DNA from: a virus
IMG/VR virus record: IMGVR_UViG_3300009152_000003
Coordinates: 19,981-83,980 of that record
Direction: 5' to 3' (one strand)
DNA length: 64,000 nucleotides
Positions 9,558 to 18,609 of the stretch are shown here, piece after piece (the stretch's first letter is position 1; every line of letters begins with the position of its first letter). Both the position numbers and the translations under genes were made by a program. The notes beneath the pieces are model-generated. The model worked only from the letters and a program-made list of their open reading frames with translations, searched no databases and was not told the origin of the DNA.

Positions 9558-9869
9558 TCAGATGAGGGCAATGCCTGCTGTGACGGCCGCTCCAACGCCC
9601 GTCGAGACGGCAGCCCCGGCGGCGGTCTTGACCAGGTCCATACCCAGGTTGGACTGCTTCGGAGCCTGCTGCTGATAAGACTGTTGCCCCTGCTGCTGCG
9701 CCTGCAGCTTCCGCTTCCCCGCTATTTCGTAGGCCTTGACGCGGCCATCGTTCTTGATCTTTTCAATTTGGTAAGCGTTGTCGAGGTCGTCCTGATCTTG
9801 CTGGGCGTCGCTGAACCTCGTGTCTCCAAAGACCTTGGAGGCTCCGCTCGGTGCAAATGGATCAAACAT
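9558..9869 (-). CDS. hypothetical protein with C-terminal hydrophobic Gly/Ala segment
   Basis: 103 aa, tiles within the late block. Confidence 0.65.
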   Translation of the reverse strand: MFDPFAPSGASKVFGDTRFSDAQQDQDDLDNAYQIEKIKNDGRVKAYEIAGKRKLQAQQQGQQSYQQQAPKQSNLGMDLVKTAAGAAVSTGVGAAVTAGIALI

Positions 9870-9872
9870 GAC

Positions 9873-10229
9873 TCAACCGAGGAGGGAACCTTTCATTGAG
9901 AACCCCGTCTTCCACGCGGTCTCCATTGGGTTGGACGCGGTCTTCGGCTGAAACAGTGACCCAATACCTCGGCCAAGGGCACCACCCACTGCATCGCCAA
10001 TGACGCCACCGGTCTGTTGAGCCAGTGACGACCAGGGCCCCTGGCTGCTGCCCTTGCCCGGGCTGGGAGCCGTATTGGCATTCCCTTGGCCAATTGCGCT
10101 GTACATCGCGGCAGCTTTGTCGACCCGCTGACCGTCCTCTGCGACGCGGCGCTGGGTCTGCGCCCGCTGCAGCGCCTGCAGGCGGTTGCCGAATGGACTC
10201 TCGCTGTAGATGGAGGAGCTACTGGCCAA
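9873..10229 (-). CDS. hypothetical glycine-zipper virion protein
   Basis: 118 aa, contains GGVIGDAVGGALGRGIG. Confidence 0.6.
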   Translation of the reverse strand: MASSSSIYSESPFGNRLQALQRAQTQRRVAEDGQRVDKAAAMYSAIGQGNANTAPSPGKGSSQGPWSSLAQQTGGVIGDAVGGALGRGIGSLFQPKTASNPMETAWKTGFSMKGSLLG

Positions 10230-10258
10230 CTGGCTTGCACCATGCCTGCCCAGGCAGT

Positions 10259-11743
10259 CTAGGGGAGATCAGGTCGCTGGCCCGTGGCTGGAGCGATCAG
10301 TGCCGCTGCCCGGCGCGCTTCCTCTTCTTCCTGGCGATTTTGCTCCAGGTTGTTGGCCCGGCGGATCTGCTCCAGCAGCATGGCGCCCGCGCCGGTAATG
10401 CCCAATCCTGCCGAAGCACCCAGAACCGCCCCCTTGAGCAAGGGGAGCTCTACCTTGTCGAGCTGGGCCGCGTGTGCCCGGGCTGCCTCGTTGTGGATCT
10501 GCGTGGCTTCTTCGATCGTGAACTTGCCATTCAGTGGCCCGAAGACCCCGACCTCCTGTCCGTCCCTCTTCCCGCCGCTGACTCGGGCTCGATCGGTCCC
10601 CGTGCCATGGCGCTTGGCGTCCGCAAGGAGGCTGCGTGCTTGCTTGAGTCGCTCCTTGGTGCCAAGGATTTCGTCTTTCTCAAAAGGATCGAGTGCGCCT
10701 CTGGCATTCAGCCGACTGAACTCTCCCTTTGCGGCAACCCCGCGGCCTGCCATCCGGATCCCCTCTCGCATGCCGGCAATCCCGCCAATAACCGGCAACA
10801 GGCCGGTCAGAAGTGGGATTGACTTGCCGACGAAGTTGACTTCCGGGCCATTGACTCCCTCCGGAGTGAACTTGATCATCGACTTGTCCCCGTGCAGGAA
10901 CGCTTTGTACGACTCGTATTCACCCCTGGAGATGTCCGGTCGCTCTTGGACGAACTCGTCGTACGGCAGCAGGGAGCCGGTACGGCCGACTGCGCGCATG
11001 GCAGCCTCCGCCAGGGGGTCGGAGCTCTGCCGCTTGTCCTCTTCGCTTGGCAGCACGGCCGAATAGCCGGGTTGGCGGAACAGGGTCCCGGTCGCGGCAG
11101 AGGCACCCAGGATGATCGGAAACGCCGCCGCAAAGCGCAGGTGATTCCGTGACATTGGGGCGCCTGGAGGCGCGTCAAACCTGTTTTCCCTGAGCGGCTC
11201 CCTGATGTCCTCGATGGACCCGTGGATCGCCATCCGGCCGCCGAGGTTGGATGCAGCCTCGTAGGCGTTGAGGAACCACCAGATGTTCTGGAGCCCCTGG
11301 GTCGTCACATCCTTGGCGGCCAGACCAGCAATCTGGGCAGCTTGGCGGCCGATGGTGCCGGCCCTCCCGGGCGTGCGGGGCATGCCGCTCAGCTCGGGGT
11401 ACTGCCCGATCCGCGTCGTGCGCTCCCTGACTTCGGGCTCCCGAACTCGCAGCTCGTCGAACTCGTTGTTGATCTCGTCCCCGTAGCCGCCGACCGCGAT
11501 CTTCTTGCCGCGGACGTCAAACTCAAAGCGTGGGGCCACCTGCCGCGCGGCATCGATCAGGCTCGACTGGCTCAGCAACCACGCCAGGGGGTTGGCATCG
11601 GAGCGATGTTGCGTGGGGTGCTGGTTGCCGGAGCGGAAGTCCGGGACGCTGGAATAGGCCCGCCCAAACACCTGGGCAGCTTCATCGAGTCGGGGGCGCA
11701 GGTTCTCCCAGCTCCAGCGATTACCTGGCATGCCGCCAGCCAT
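10259..11743 (-). CDS. putative internal virion protein with hydrophobic segments
   Basis: 494 aa with about three hydrophobic Gly-rich helices; start overlaps the upstream stop. Confidence 0.65.
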   Translation of the reverse strand: MAGGMPGNRWSWENLRPRLDEAAQVFGRAYSSVPDFRSGNQHPTQHRSDANPLAWLLSQSSLIDAARQVAPRFEFDVRGKKIAVGGYGDEINNEFDELRVREPEVRERTTRIGQYPELSGMPRTPGRAGTIGRQAAQIAGLAAKDVTTQGLQNIWWFLNAYEAASNLGGRMAIHGSIEDIREPLRENRFDAPPGAPMSRNHLRFAAAFPIILGASAATGTLFRQPGYSAVLPSEEDKRQSSDPLAEAAMRAVGRTGSLLPYDEFVQERPDISRGEYESYKAFLHGDKSMIKFTPEGVNGPEVNFVGKSIPLLTGLLPVIGGIAGMREGIRMAGRGVAAKGEFSRLNARGALDPFEKDEILGTKERLKQARSLLADAKRHGTGTDRARVSGGKRDGQEVGVFGPLNGKFTIEEATQIHNEAARAHAAQLDKVELPLLKGAVLGASAGLGITGAGAMLLEQIRRANNLEQNRQEEEEARRAAALIAPATGQRPDLP

Positions 11744-12291
11744 CAGACCATGCCTCCTTCCATGCCACCGCCAAGGAATGGCAGTTGCATCCCGGGCGGG
11801 AACATGTAGCCGCGGATCCCGGCAGCGACCAGGGCCTCCCGGCGGATCTCTTCGTCACGAGCGGCCAACTCGTCACGCTGCTCATCGCTCATGCGCTTTT
11901 CGAAGTCCTCGTAGGCGCTGGTCGCAAACGGCCTGGGCACAAAGCCATATCCAAGCAGTTCGGTACCCATTTCTGAGGCACCCTTGATCCCTGCGGCCAT
12001 CTCATGGCCAAGGGGAGCCCCCATGCGGCGAGCGCCGCCAACAACGCCATGGCCAAATCCACGGCCCAGGGTCTGCAGCATCAGGCCGCCGGCCAAGTCT
12101 TCTGCGCCGGCTCCGAAGCGAGTCAGGTTGTCAGTCCCCTCCGGTTGGTTCATGGCCGTCATGCCAGCAAAGGCCACGTTGGGCACGACGCTCATCATCC
12201 ACTCCGCCCCGGACTGGGGGAGGACCGCCCTACCGACGCGGCTCCCGGCCAATCCCCTAAGACCTTGCAGTGCTTGAGCGGCGAATCTCAT
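11743..12291 (-). CDS. hypothetical virion protein
   Basis: 182 aa Gly/Met-rich ORF starting MRFAA. Confidence 0.65.
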   Translation of the reverse strand: MRFAAQALQGLRGLAGSRVGRAVLPQSGAEWMMSVVPNVAFAGMTAMNQPEGTDNLTRFGAGAEDLAGGLMLQTLGRGFGHGVVGGARRMGAPLGHEMAAGIKGASEMGTELLGYGFVPRPFATSAYEDFEKRMSDEQRDELAARDEEIRREALVAAGIRGYMFPPGMQLPFLGGGMEGGMV

Positions 12292-12296
12292 GGGGA

Positions 12297-12575
12297 TTAG
12301 GCGAGGGAGCTTGCAGGGTGAGCCAGCCCGGCGTTGACGTCGAACGCCTGCAGGCGTGCCGTGTAGTCGTCAAAGTGGTTGCGGTACCGGTTGGACGCGT
12401 CCGCAAATTCCCCTTGCTGGCCAACCTTCCCAAAGTTGCTGGAAGCCGACTTGACGGGGGTGCCTTCAACAGAGGTCATCGCAACGTCACCCTTGCGCTC
12501 CTCTTCGAGGCTGGCGGCGTTGAGGGCCGCCACGAGTTGATCGCCTGCAAAGCGATTGCGGGTAGAGCTCCTCAC
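12297..12575 (-). CDS. hypothetical late protein (RFAGDQ motif)
   Basis: 92 aa with a GAGGAGG SD upstream. Confidence 0.65.
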   Translation of the reverse strand: MRSSTRNRFAGDQLVAALNAASLEEERKGDVAMTSVEGTPVKSASSNFGKVGQQGEFADASNRYRNHFDDYTARLQAFDVNAGLAHPASSLA

Positions 12576-12629
12576 GGCTGGTCCTCCTCTGGGGTCATGC
12601 TAGGCGGGGCGAGACTGAGTCCCGGCCGA

Positions 12630-15600
12630 TCACGAATAGGCGGTGCCAGGCCTGGATCGTTGGGGGCCGTAGACCGCCCAGCTACCGGAGGGGCTGAGCA
12701 GGTCCTGCAGGTAGGCAGCGCGTTCATTTTCGGCGTCCGCCTGTGTCAAGGCGCGGAAATCTCGGCGTGCTTGCAGCTCTCCTTGAGGGGAGATCGACGC
12801 AAGCTTTGCCTTCCGCGGCGAGTAGTTTGGCTGTCTTGGCGCGTTGTACCGGTCGCCTCGCTGCCCCCTCCATTGACCCTCTTCGGGGGCCAGCCATGGA
12901 GCGGGGCTGTTCCCCAGTCCTTGCACTTGTTCGCGCCCGGTGACAAGACCAGGCCTGACGATCTGGGCGACCCTGCGAGCGATCGCCATGTCGTCGATGG
13001 GCGCGCCAGTCGCCTGAGCAAAGGCGCTCTCGGCGACCTGGGCCGCGTGTCCAGGCGATAAGTTTCCAAGGCGCTGGGCCAGCCGTATGAACGGCTCCAG
13101 CGCAGCCTGACGCCCAGTGATCGGACCATCGGCATCGCCGGCGCGCTCTAGCACCCTGTACCCCAGATTGCTCGAGCCTTCGTTGCTGCCAATCTCGACA
13201 AGATCGCTCCACCCGGGCTGGCGCTGCGTCACTCCAAGCTCTTCGAGTAGCGCGTCTTCGTCGAAGTCCTCAGGCCCGGGCGGGTAGAGCTCAGGCCCGA
13301 GCGGGTAGAGCCCCTGATTCCGCTCGGGCAACAGTTTGGCCAGGCTTGGGCTGGCCGCCAGGGCTTTGTCGCCACCACTGGCCGCGAGGATGTCGAGTAG
13401 GGGGGTCCCCGACAGTTCCGACTGAGGGACTGCAGCTGCTTCGGCGAGAACCGCGGCGCGCTGCTGGTCCATCCGGCTGCGGATGTCGCGGGTCCTTGCG
13501 GAGCCCGAGAGACGAGGCTCCGCCTGCCGTGAAGTCCTTGACCAGAGCTCCCTGAGCGTCCGCGGCCCCGTCTGCTCCGGCTTCCTGGGGGCAAGTCGCT
13601 CGAACCCTGACTGAGGGTCGATCCCTCTCAAGACACCCGGTATCGGCTCCTGGACAAAGTGAGCGTTGTTGGCCAGCGTTTGAGTCGCTTGCCGGAGCTG
13701 CTCCAGCTGCGTTTCGCTCTGTCTGCCGGCCGCGCCGCGCGGCACGGCCTGGCCTAGCGCGATCGAGAACGCCCCGGGGTTGACAGGGTCCATGAATCTC
13801 TCGATCCCTGCACCTTGCCCCGCAAACCCTGGCTCGGCACCGGTGTACCTTGCGATTTCATCCAGAAGGCTGATCGTTGTCCAGCCCTCTGGGTTGAGAT
13901 CTTGCCGCTCTGCTATGGCTTTTCTGACTGCTGGCTGATTGGACAGCAGGTCGATGCCTGTGTGGGCCTTGGAGAAGCGACCGCTGTTCCATTCGTCGCT
14001 CCCGACACGGATCATGCGCGAGCTGGGCTCAGGGGTTCCGGTGTTGACGCCACCGGCGGCAACGATGGTTGGCCTCACCAGGTAGCCGGAGTCTCCCCAG
14101 CCCCCCAGGGTGCCGCCTGGGCCGGCTTCGTACTTGGAGAGGAACGGATTATCGGTAGGGGTGATCGAATATCCCCCTTGTCTGGCAGCCTCGAGGACCT
14201 GAGCAGAGACGTAGCGTCCCATCTTTGAGTTGTCACCAGCGACTTGGGCTTGGCTGACTGGATCGACATCGACGTCCCTGGCAAATCCAGTGGCCTGGTT
14301 GAACTCTTTGAGCAGGGCGTCGTAGTTTCTGTTCATGGGATGCCCAATTCTGTAAAGGGGCTCGCCCGATTCGCCCCTTGCCTGGTACAACGGCACCGCT
14401 GTTGTTACCAGAGGCTTGCGCTGGCTGATCGCTTCAGCAACCTCGGGAAGATTGAGCCCAAGGAACATTGGATGATCCGGCCTTTCGGTTACAACAACAC
14501 GGCCAATCCGGGTGCCGCCCTCTGACGCCTTTTGCGGGTCCTCGGGGATGAAGCGCTCAGACGTCAGAACCTCCTCGGGGCGGCTCAAGAGCGGAGTCTT
14601 GTGCCTGTCCAGCAAGAACTGAGTGAACTCGGGCAGCCTGACTTCCTTTTGCCTGTCCCAGGCAGCCGTGCTATCGGGGTCCATGTCCCGAGTCAAGACG
14701 ACCATTGAGGGATCGACCCATGCCCCACCGGGCTGCCACTCGCCCTGCGGCAGCCGGGACGCGCGAGTGGGGTTTTGATTTAGCTCTCGGGACGCAAGGT
14801 TCAGTGCACCGCCGTACTCTCTGTAAAGTCGGCCCCCTTTGGCGTCTTTCCGGCCTACTTGGCCTGCGCCAAGCTCTCCATCTAGGTAGCCATCAGATCG
14901 GGGTCCACGAGGCTCCGGAGGGTTGACTCTCCGCGAGTCGCGCCCTTGACGCTTCCTGTCGATAGCGCGCATGGCACGCCATTGCCTGGACTCTCCGCGA
15001 TCGTATCCACGCAAATCCTCAGGCGTTGCAATATCTTCACCGCCAAAAGAGACAGCCGGATCGCGCATTGGAGCGTACCGGCGCTGCTCCCTTGGCAATC
15101 TGTCAGTAAGGTCGGCTTCCCTTTGACTGTTGTATTTCAGGAGATCAGCATTGGTAACAGCAAGGAAATCGGAACCGTCTGGATTCAACTGAACTAGGAC
15201 CCCTTGCTCGCCTAGTGCGCCCGGTTCTCCCCTCTGGTTTGCGTATTCCCAGACGTCAGACCTGTAACCGGGTTGCGTGAACACCCCAGACCCTTCCCCT
15301 ATCTCGGTGGAGACGGCCGCAGCGGAGGGGTACGCCTTGACTTCGTAGTCGGATCCAGCGGCTGCATCGATGTCAGCACGCGTAACACGCTTCCCTAGCG
15401 GCGTCAGCACTTGCCTGCCCAGGGGGTCCCGCCCGCGGAGGGCAAGAGTTCCGTCCAGAGCGCCCTTGCGGATTGCTTCTGTGATTGATTGGGACTGCGC
15501 TCCGCTTTCCCGACTGAACGCGGCAAATTTGGGCAGTCGAACCACGCGATCTTCGTCGGGCATCGCGGTGTAAACGCTTCCCTGAGGAGCTCCCTCCGTT

Positions 15601-15977
15601 GCCGCCTGGATAGCGCGCGCCGTGTCATCTACTGCCTGGTTTGCGTACGTTGCAGGGTCAAACAACAACCCTTGGCTGGAGTAGCCAGACCGCCGATCGG
15701 CGCGTTCGCTCCGTCCAGGGCCGGGGCTTTTGCTCCAGGTCGCCCACGGGGTTGGTTTTGGTGGTTTGCTTGAGTCGAACTTTGACGGTTGGGGGTCGTA
15801 ATACGCGGGAGCGTGCCTGATCGGTTCAAACAGCGCGCGAGCCGCGTTTTCCTCCCCGAAACCGGGCATCCCGGGCGAGGCGGGGCCCTTGGGCACCGAG
15901 CCAAATGCTTTGCGGGGCTCTCCGATGTCGCGAATCCCACCAATTCGCCGGCCGATGCCCCCATCGCGACCCGCCAT
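12630..15977 (-). CDS. large hypothetical protein, possibly an internal virion protein
   Basis: 1115 aa uninterrupted ORF and first gene of the late block; no motif recognised. Confidence 0.75.
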   Translation of the reverse strand: MAGRDGGIGRRIGGIRDIGEPRKAFGSVPKGPASPGMPGFGEENAARALFEPIRHAPAYYDPQPSKFDSSKPPKPTPWATWSKSPGPGRSERADRRSGYSSQGLLFDPATYANQAVDDTARAIQAATEGAPQGSVYTAMPDEDRVVRLPKFAAFSRESGAQSQSITEAIRKGALDGTLALRGRDPLGRQVLTPLGKRVTRADIDAAAGSDYEVKAYPSAAAVSTEIGEGSGVFTQPGYRSDVWEYANQRGEPGALGEQGVLVQLNPDGSDFLAVTNADLLKYNSQREADLTDRLPREQRRYAPMRDPAVSFGGEDIATPEDLRGYDRGESRQWRAMRAIDRKRQGRDSRRVNPPEPRGPRSDGYLDGELGAGQVGRKDAKGGRLYREYGGALNLASRELNQNPTRASRLPQGEWQPGGAWVDPSMVVLTRDMDPDSTAAWDRQKEVRLPEFTQFLLDRHKTPLLSRPEEVLTSERFIPEDPQKASEGGTRIGRVVVTERPDHPMFLGLNLPEVAEAISQRKPLVTTAVPLYQARGESGEPLYRIGHPMNRNYDALLKEFNQATGFARDVDVDPVSQAQVAGDNSKMGRYVSAQVLEAARQGGYSITPTDNPFLSKYEAGPGGTLGGWGDSGYLVRPTIVAAGGVNTGTPEPSSRMIRVGSDEWNSGRFSKAHTGIDLLSNQPAVRKAIAERQDLNPEGWTTISLLDEIARYTGAEPGFAGQGAGIERFMDPVNPGAFSIALGQAVPRGAAGRQSETQLEQLRQATQTLANNAHFVQEPIPGVLRGIDPQSGFERLAPRKPEQTGPRTLRELWSRTSRQAEPRLSGSARTRDIRSRMDQQRAAVLAEAAAVPQSELSGTPLLDILAASGGDKALAASPSLAKLLPERNQGLYPLGPELYPPGPEDFDEDALLEELGVTQRQPGWSDLVEIGSNEGSSNLGYRVLERAGDADGPITGRQAALEPFIRLAQRLGNLSPGHAAQVAESAFAQATGAPIDDMAIARRVAQIVRPGLVTGREQVQGLGNSPAPWLAPEEGQWRGQRGDRYNAPRQPNYSPRKAKLASISPQGELQARRDFRALTQADAENERAAYLQDLLSPSGSWAVYGPQRSRPGTAYS

Positions 15978-16019
15978 TGCTTGCTTGCCCCACGAATTGC
16001 CGTCAGATCAGTCTATCGG

Positions 16020-16675
16020 TGTTGTTTGCTAGGGCTTGCGGAGCGCTTGAGCGCGTCATTATGCGTTTTCGCACTACGATTCAAGGACCTGAAGCAAAAA
16101 AGGGCTCCTATAGGACCTTCAATTTTTTGTTGCGGCGCGCGACAGACATCAAAACCCACCCCAAGCGAGCAAGATTGCGGGAGGAAAAAAAAAGAGTGCA
16201 GTTGCGGCCAAGATGCTGGGCACGCATGCGTCCATTGCCTATTAATAGCAGGCACCAGCAGCAAGAGCAGGCGCCGTAGCAGCGCGCATGGCGCCTCAGC
16301 AGCAGCACACGCCATCCCCACGCAGCTCGTGCTATCCACACGCCTCGTAGGCGCATGCACGCGCTACTCACGCGCTCGCTTACGCACACCGCAGCGCTGC
16401 AATCGCAGCCTGCGATCTCTCCTGCAGCTGCAACACACGCGTCTGCAACACACGCAGCGCCTGCAGCGCACACGCACACACACTCGCTACACATCACTTC
16501 CTATTCCTTCTACCCTCTTACTCATTCTCTACCTATCTCAACGCCTCAAACCCCCTCCAACGCAGTCACTCTCCACTGCTTCCTTAATAGCTCACCTGCA
16601 CACTCGCTACGCGGGAGCACGCTCGCCACACACACTCCACGCACGCTGCGTAGGGGGCAGTAGTGGCATTGGTGT
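16020..16675. other. low-complexity non-coding tract at the late/early strand switch (candidate genome end or control region)
   Basis: Contains an A9 run, alternating CA/CG runs and a G-free pyrimidine-rich tract at about 16490-16540. The ORFs across it look spurious. Confidence 0.55.
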
Positions 16676-16678
16676 GCT

Positions 16679-16693
16679 CACTCAGCAGTGCAC
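16679..16693 (+). promoter_or_regulatory. conserved 15-mer CACTCAGCAGTGCAC, copy 1
   Basis: Exact copy of a motif present 7 times, all on the + strand and all intergenic. Confidence 0.8.
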
Positions 16694-16770
16694 GTGCCTG
16701 CTGTGCAGCATACACGCTCCAGCAACCACTTGGTTTCGCTTATGCGCAATCAAGGGGGTTCAAATGAGCT

Positions 16771-16785
16771 CACTCAGCAGTGCAC
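16771..16785 (+). promoter_or_regulatory. conserved 15-mer, copy 2
   Basis: Exact match, upstream of the ATG at 16841. Confidence 0.8.
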
Positions 16786-16840
16786 ATGTTTGTTGAGCAG
16801 CTCATGTCCTCTCTTGGCCCAGCGCAAGCCGGCTTCGCTC

Positions 16841-16987
16841 ATGCTCCGCATCATTTCCTTCGCTCAAGACAACCCCAAGACTTACTTGGCCGGATGTCTT
16901 GCATTCGGGACCCTCCTCCGCCTGGCCATGTGCCACGGCAACTTGGATCTCTTCATGGATCCCCTCTATCCGCTCATCCACCGCTAG
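16841..16987 (+). CDS. small hydrophobic early protein
   Basis: 48 aa (MLRIISFAQDNPK...) lying between motif copy 2 and a terminator. Confidence 0.5.
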   Translation: MLRIISFAQDNPKTYLAGCLAFGTLLRLAMCHGNLDLFMDPLYPLIHR

Positions 16988-17007
16988 TGCCACATCTGGC
17001 ACCCCCG
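16985..17007 (+). repeat. 23-bp palindromic repeat TAGTGCCACATCTGGCACCCCCG, copy 1
   Basis: Identical to 18164-18186; core is GTGCCA-CATC-TGGCAC. Confidence 0.8.
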
Positions 17008-17011
17008 TCTC

Positions 17012-17047
17012 GCCCCTGGTCCCGCACACGCGGATCAGGGGCTTTTT
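17012..17047 (+). terminator. intrinsic terminator
   Basis: GCCCCTGGTCC...GGATCAGGGGC hairpin followed by TTTTT. Confidence 0.75.
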
Positions 17048-17056
17048 CAGTGAGCT

Positions 17057-17071
17057 CACTCAGCAGTGCAC
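17057..17071 (+). promoter_or_regulatory. conserved 15-mer, copy 3
   Basis: Exact match, just after a terminator and upstream of the ATG at 17127. Confidence 0.8.
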
Positions 17072-17126
17072 ATGCCTGTTGAGCGGCTCAGGGACCTCTC
17101 GCCCCGGTGAAAGCCGGGTTCCCTCA

Positions 17127-17696
17127 ATGGCTACCACTCAGACCAAGGCCGCTCTCGCCGAAGCCCTCGAGGCTGCCACCAGCCGCATCAGCGAACTGGA
17201 AGCCCTCATCGCTGCCGCCCAGAGCGAGCAGCAACAGCCAACCGCTGCCGCCCATCTGGATCAGGTCCTCTGGATCCAGCGCAAGCCGCTCGCGGAGCGC
17301 ACACCTGACGGCAAAGGCAACATTGGCTACACCCGCAGCGGAATGCTCACTGTGCGCTTCGCCGCGCAATACGCCTCCCTCGACAAACGGACAGGCACCC
17401 GCACCTTCGGCGTCTGGAAGTTCTTCACTTCCTACGGCGAAGTCGCCCAGCAGGTCATCGACCTGATGCGCACTGAAGACCGCCTCGTCCGAGTCCAGGC
17501 CTACGAAGAGCCCTGGTCCAGCGCTCAAGACCCCAACGCTCGCAACAGCGACTGGGTCGTACGAGGCTTCAACCCTATCGGCCGCGGCGCCGGCACTCCC
17601 CCGGAGCTGCCGCCCGTGCCCGCCAAAGCCGCCCCTGCTGCAGCACCCGCTGCCGCAGCGCCTGCCCAGCCCCAGCTGGCACCAGTCGCCTTCTGA
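17127..17696 (+). CDS. early protein with N-terminal coiled coil and possible OB-fold (SSB-like) domain
   Basis: Beta-rich core (GYTRSGMLTVRFAAQY...WKFFTSYGEVA) and a P/A-rich tail; strongly C-ending codons. Confidence 0.6.
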   Translation: MATTQTKAALAEALEAATSRISELEALIAAAQSEQQQPTAAAHLDQVLWIQRKPLAERTPDGKGNIGYTRSGMLTVRFAAQYASLDKRTGTRTFGVWKFFTSYGEVAQQVIDLMRTEDRLVRVQAYEEPWSSAQDPNARNSDWVVRGFNPIGRGAGTPPELPPVPAKAAPAAAPAAAAPAQPQLAPVAF

Positions 17697-17703
17697 GGCA
17701 CAC

Positions 17704-17744
17704 GCCCCCGGCTCCGCCATCTGGCGGGGTTCGGGGGCTTTTTT
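17704..17744 (+). terminator. intrinsic terminator
   Basis: GCCCCCGGCTCCGCCA-TC-TGGCGGGGTTCGGGGGC followed by TTTTTT. Confidence 0.85.
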
Positions 17745-17752
17745 ATTGGCCC

Positions 17753-17767
17753 CACTCAGCAGTGCAC
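17753..17767 (+). promoter_or_regulatory. conserved 15-mer, copy 4
   Basis: Exact match, just after a terminator and upstream of the ATG at 17827. Confidence 0.8.
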
Positions 17768-17826
17768 ATGCCTGTTGAGCGGGCGCCTGTCCTCTCTCAT
17801 CCCGGCGAAAGCCGGGGCGTTTTGTC

Positions 17827-18147
17827 ATGACCGAATCCCGGCTCTATGACCTCTCCCAGCAACTCCGCCTGCTGGCACGCCGTGACTGCCATCTCTCAGC
17901 CCATGGCAGCCTTCTCAACGGCTCCGTCGACCGCAAGGTCGAGGACGCCCGCGAGGAACTCCTCGTTGCCCTGGAACTCATCCAGGACCGCCAAGCTCTA
18001 GACGTCCAGCACCTGGACGCCATCGACTACTGCCAGGCCCTTGCCTGGCGCAACCGCCATCAGATCCAGGCACTCCGCCGCCAGTCGGAGTTCGAGCAAC
18101 GCCTGGAAGCGCAAGCTCCACGGCCACTCCGCCTCGAGGCCGCCTGA
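17827..18147 (+). CDS. hypothetical early protein
   Basis: 106 aa helical ORF following the motif leader. Confidence 0.7.
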   Translation: MTESRLYDLSQQLRLLARRDCHLSAHGSLLNGSVDRKVEDAREELLVALELIQDRQALDVQHLDAIDYCQALAWRNRHQIQALRRQSEFEQRLEAQAPRPLRLEAA

Positions 18148-18163
18148 CCCCCTCATACCGGGG

Positions 18164-18186
18164 TAGTGCCACATCTGGCACCCCCG
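18164..18186 (+). repeat. 23-bp palindromic repeat, copy 2
   Basis: Identical to 16985-17007 and embedded in the longer hairpin ACCGGGG...CCCCGGT. Confidence 0.8.
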
Positions 18187-18267
18187 GTGTGCTTCATTAC
18201 CGACCGCTCTAGCTGACAGTCCCTGCTACCCTCCCGCAATTCGCCCGGGCACTGCCCGGCTTACAAC

Positions 18268-18609
18268 ATGACACCCGCTTCCGCGGGGCGCCTCGCCGGC
18301 ATTGCCTGGCGACACAGCGCCCCTGTCTTCTTCCTTGCCTGGGCTCTCGCCCGGGCACTCTTCGCCCTCTTCCTCCTGACCGGCGACGCCATTTGGCAGC
18401 GCCGTCAGAGCATCTTCCAGGGCATCCTGCACGCCCTGGTACACGCCTACGTGGCCGCTGAGGCCACCTACCACGCAGGCCGCCGCGTCAGGGCCCGCCT
18501 AGGCGCTCATGGCGCCCTCAGCGGTACCTCCGCTGCCCAGGCTCCCCAAGTCCTGCGCCTGGCGCTCCTGCGCTTCCTGGCGCGCCGCTACGGCTGGAGG
18601 CTGGCGTGA
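18268..18609 (+). CDS. hypothetical membrane protein
   Basis: 113 aa, hydrophobic, with a GTGA overlap with the next ORF. Confidence 0.55.
   Translation: MTPASAGRLAGIAWRHSAPVFFLAWALARALFALFLLTGDAIWQRRQSIFQGILHALVHAYVAAEATYHAGRRVRARLGAHGALSGTSAAQAPQVLRLALLRFLARRYGWRLA

Noticed and set aside
12630-15977. Virion RNA polymerase or tape measure protein
   Set aside because: No polymerase catalytic motif or tape-measure periodicity was recognised, so it is left as hypothetical.
15789-16796. 335-aa + strand ORF and the antisense ORFs over the low-complexity tract
   Set aside because: The translations are low-complexity (C/R/T/H-rich) with atypical codons and run across regulatory motifs, so they are probably by-products of the repeats.
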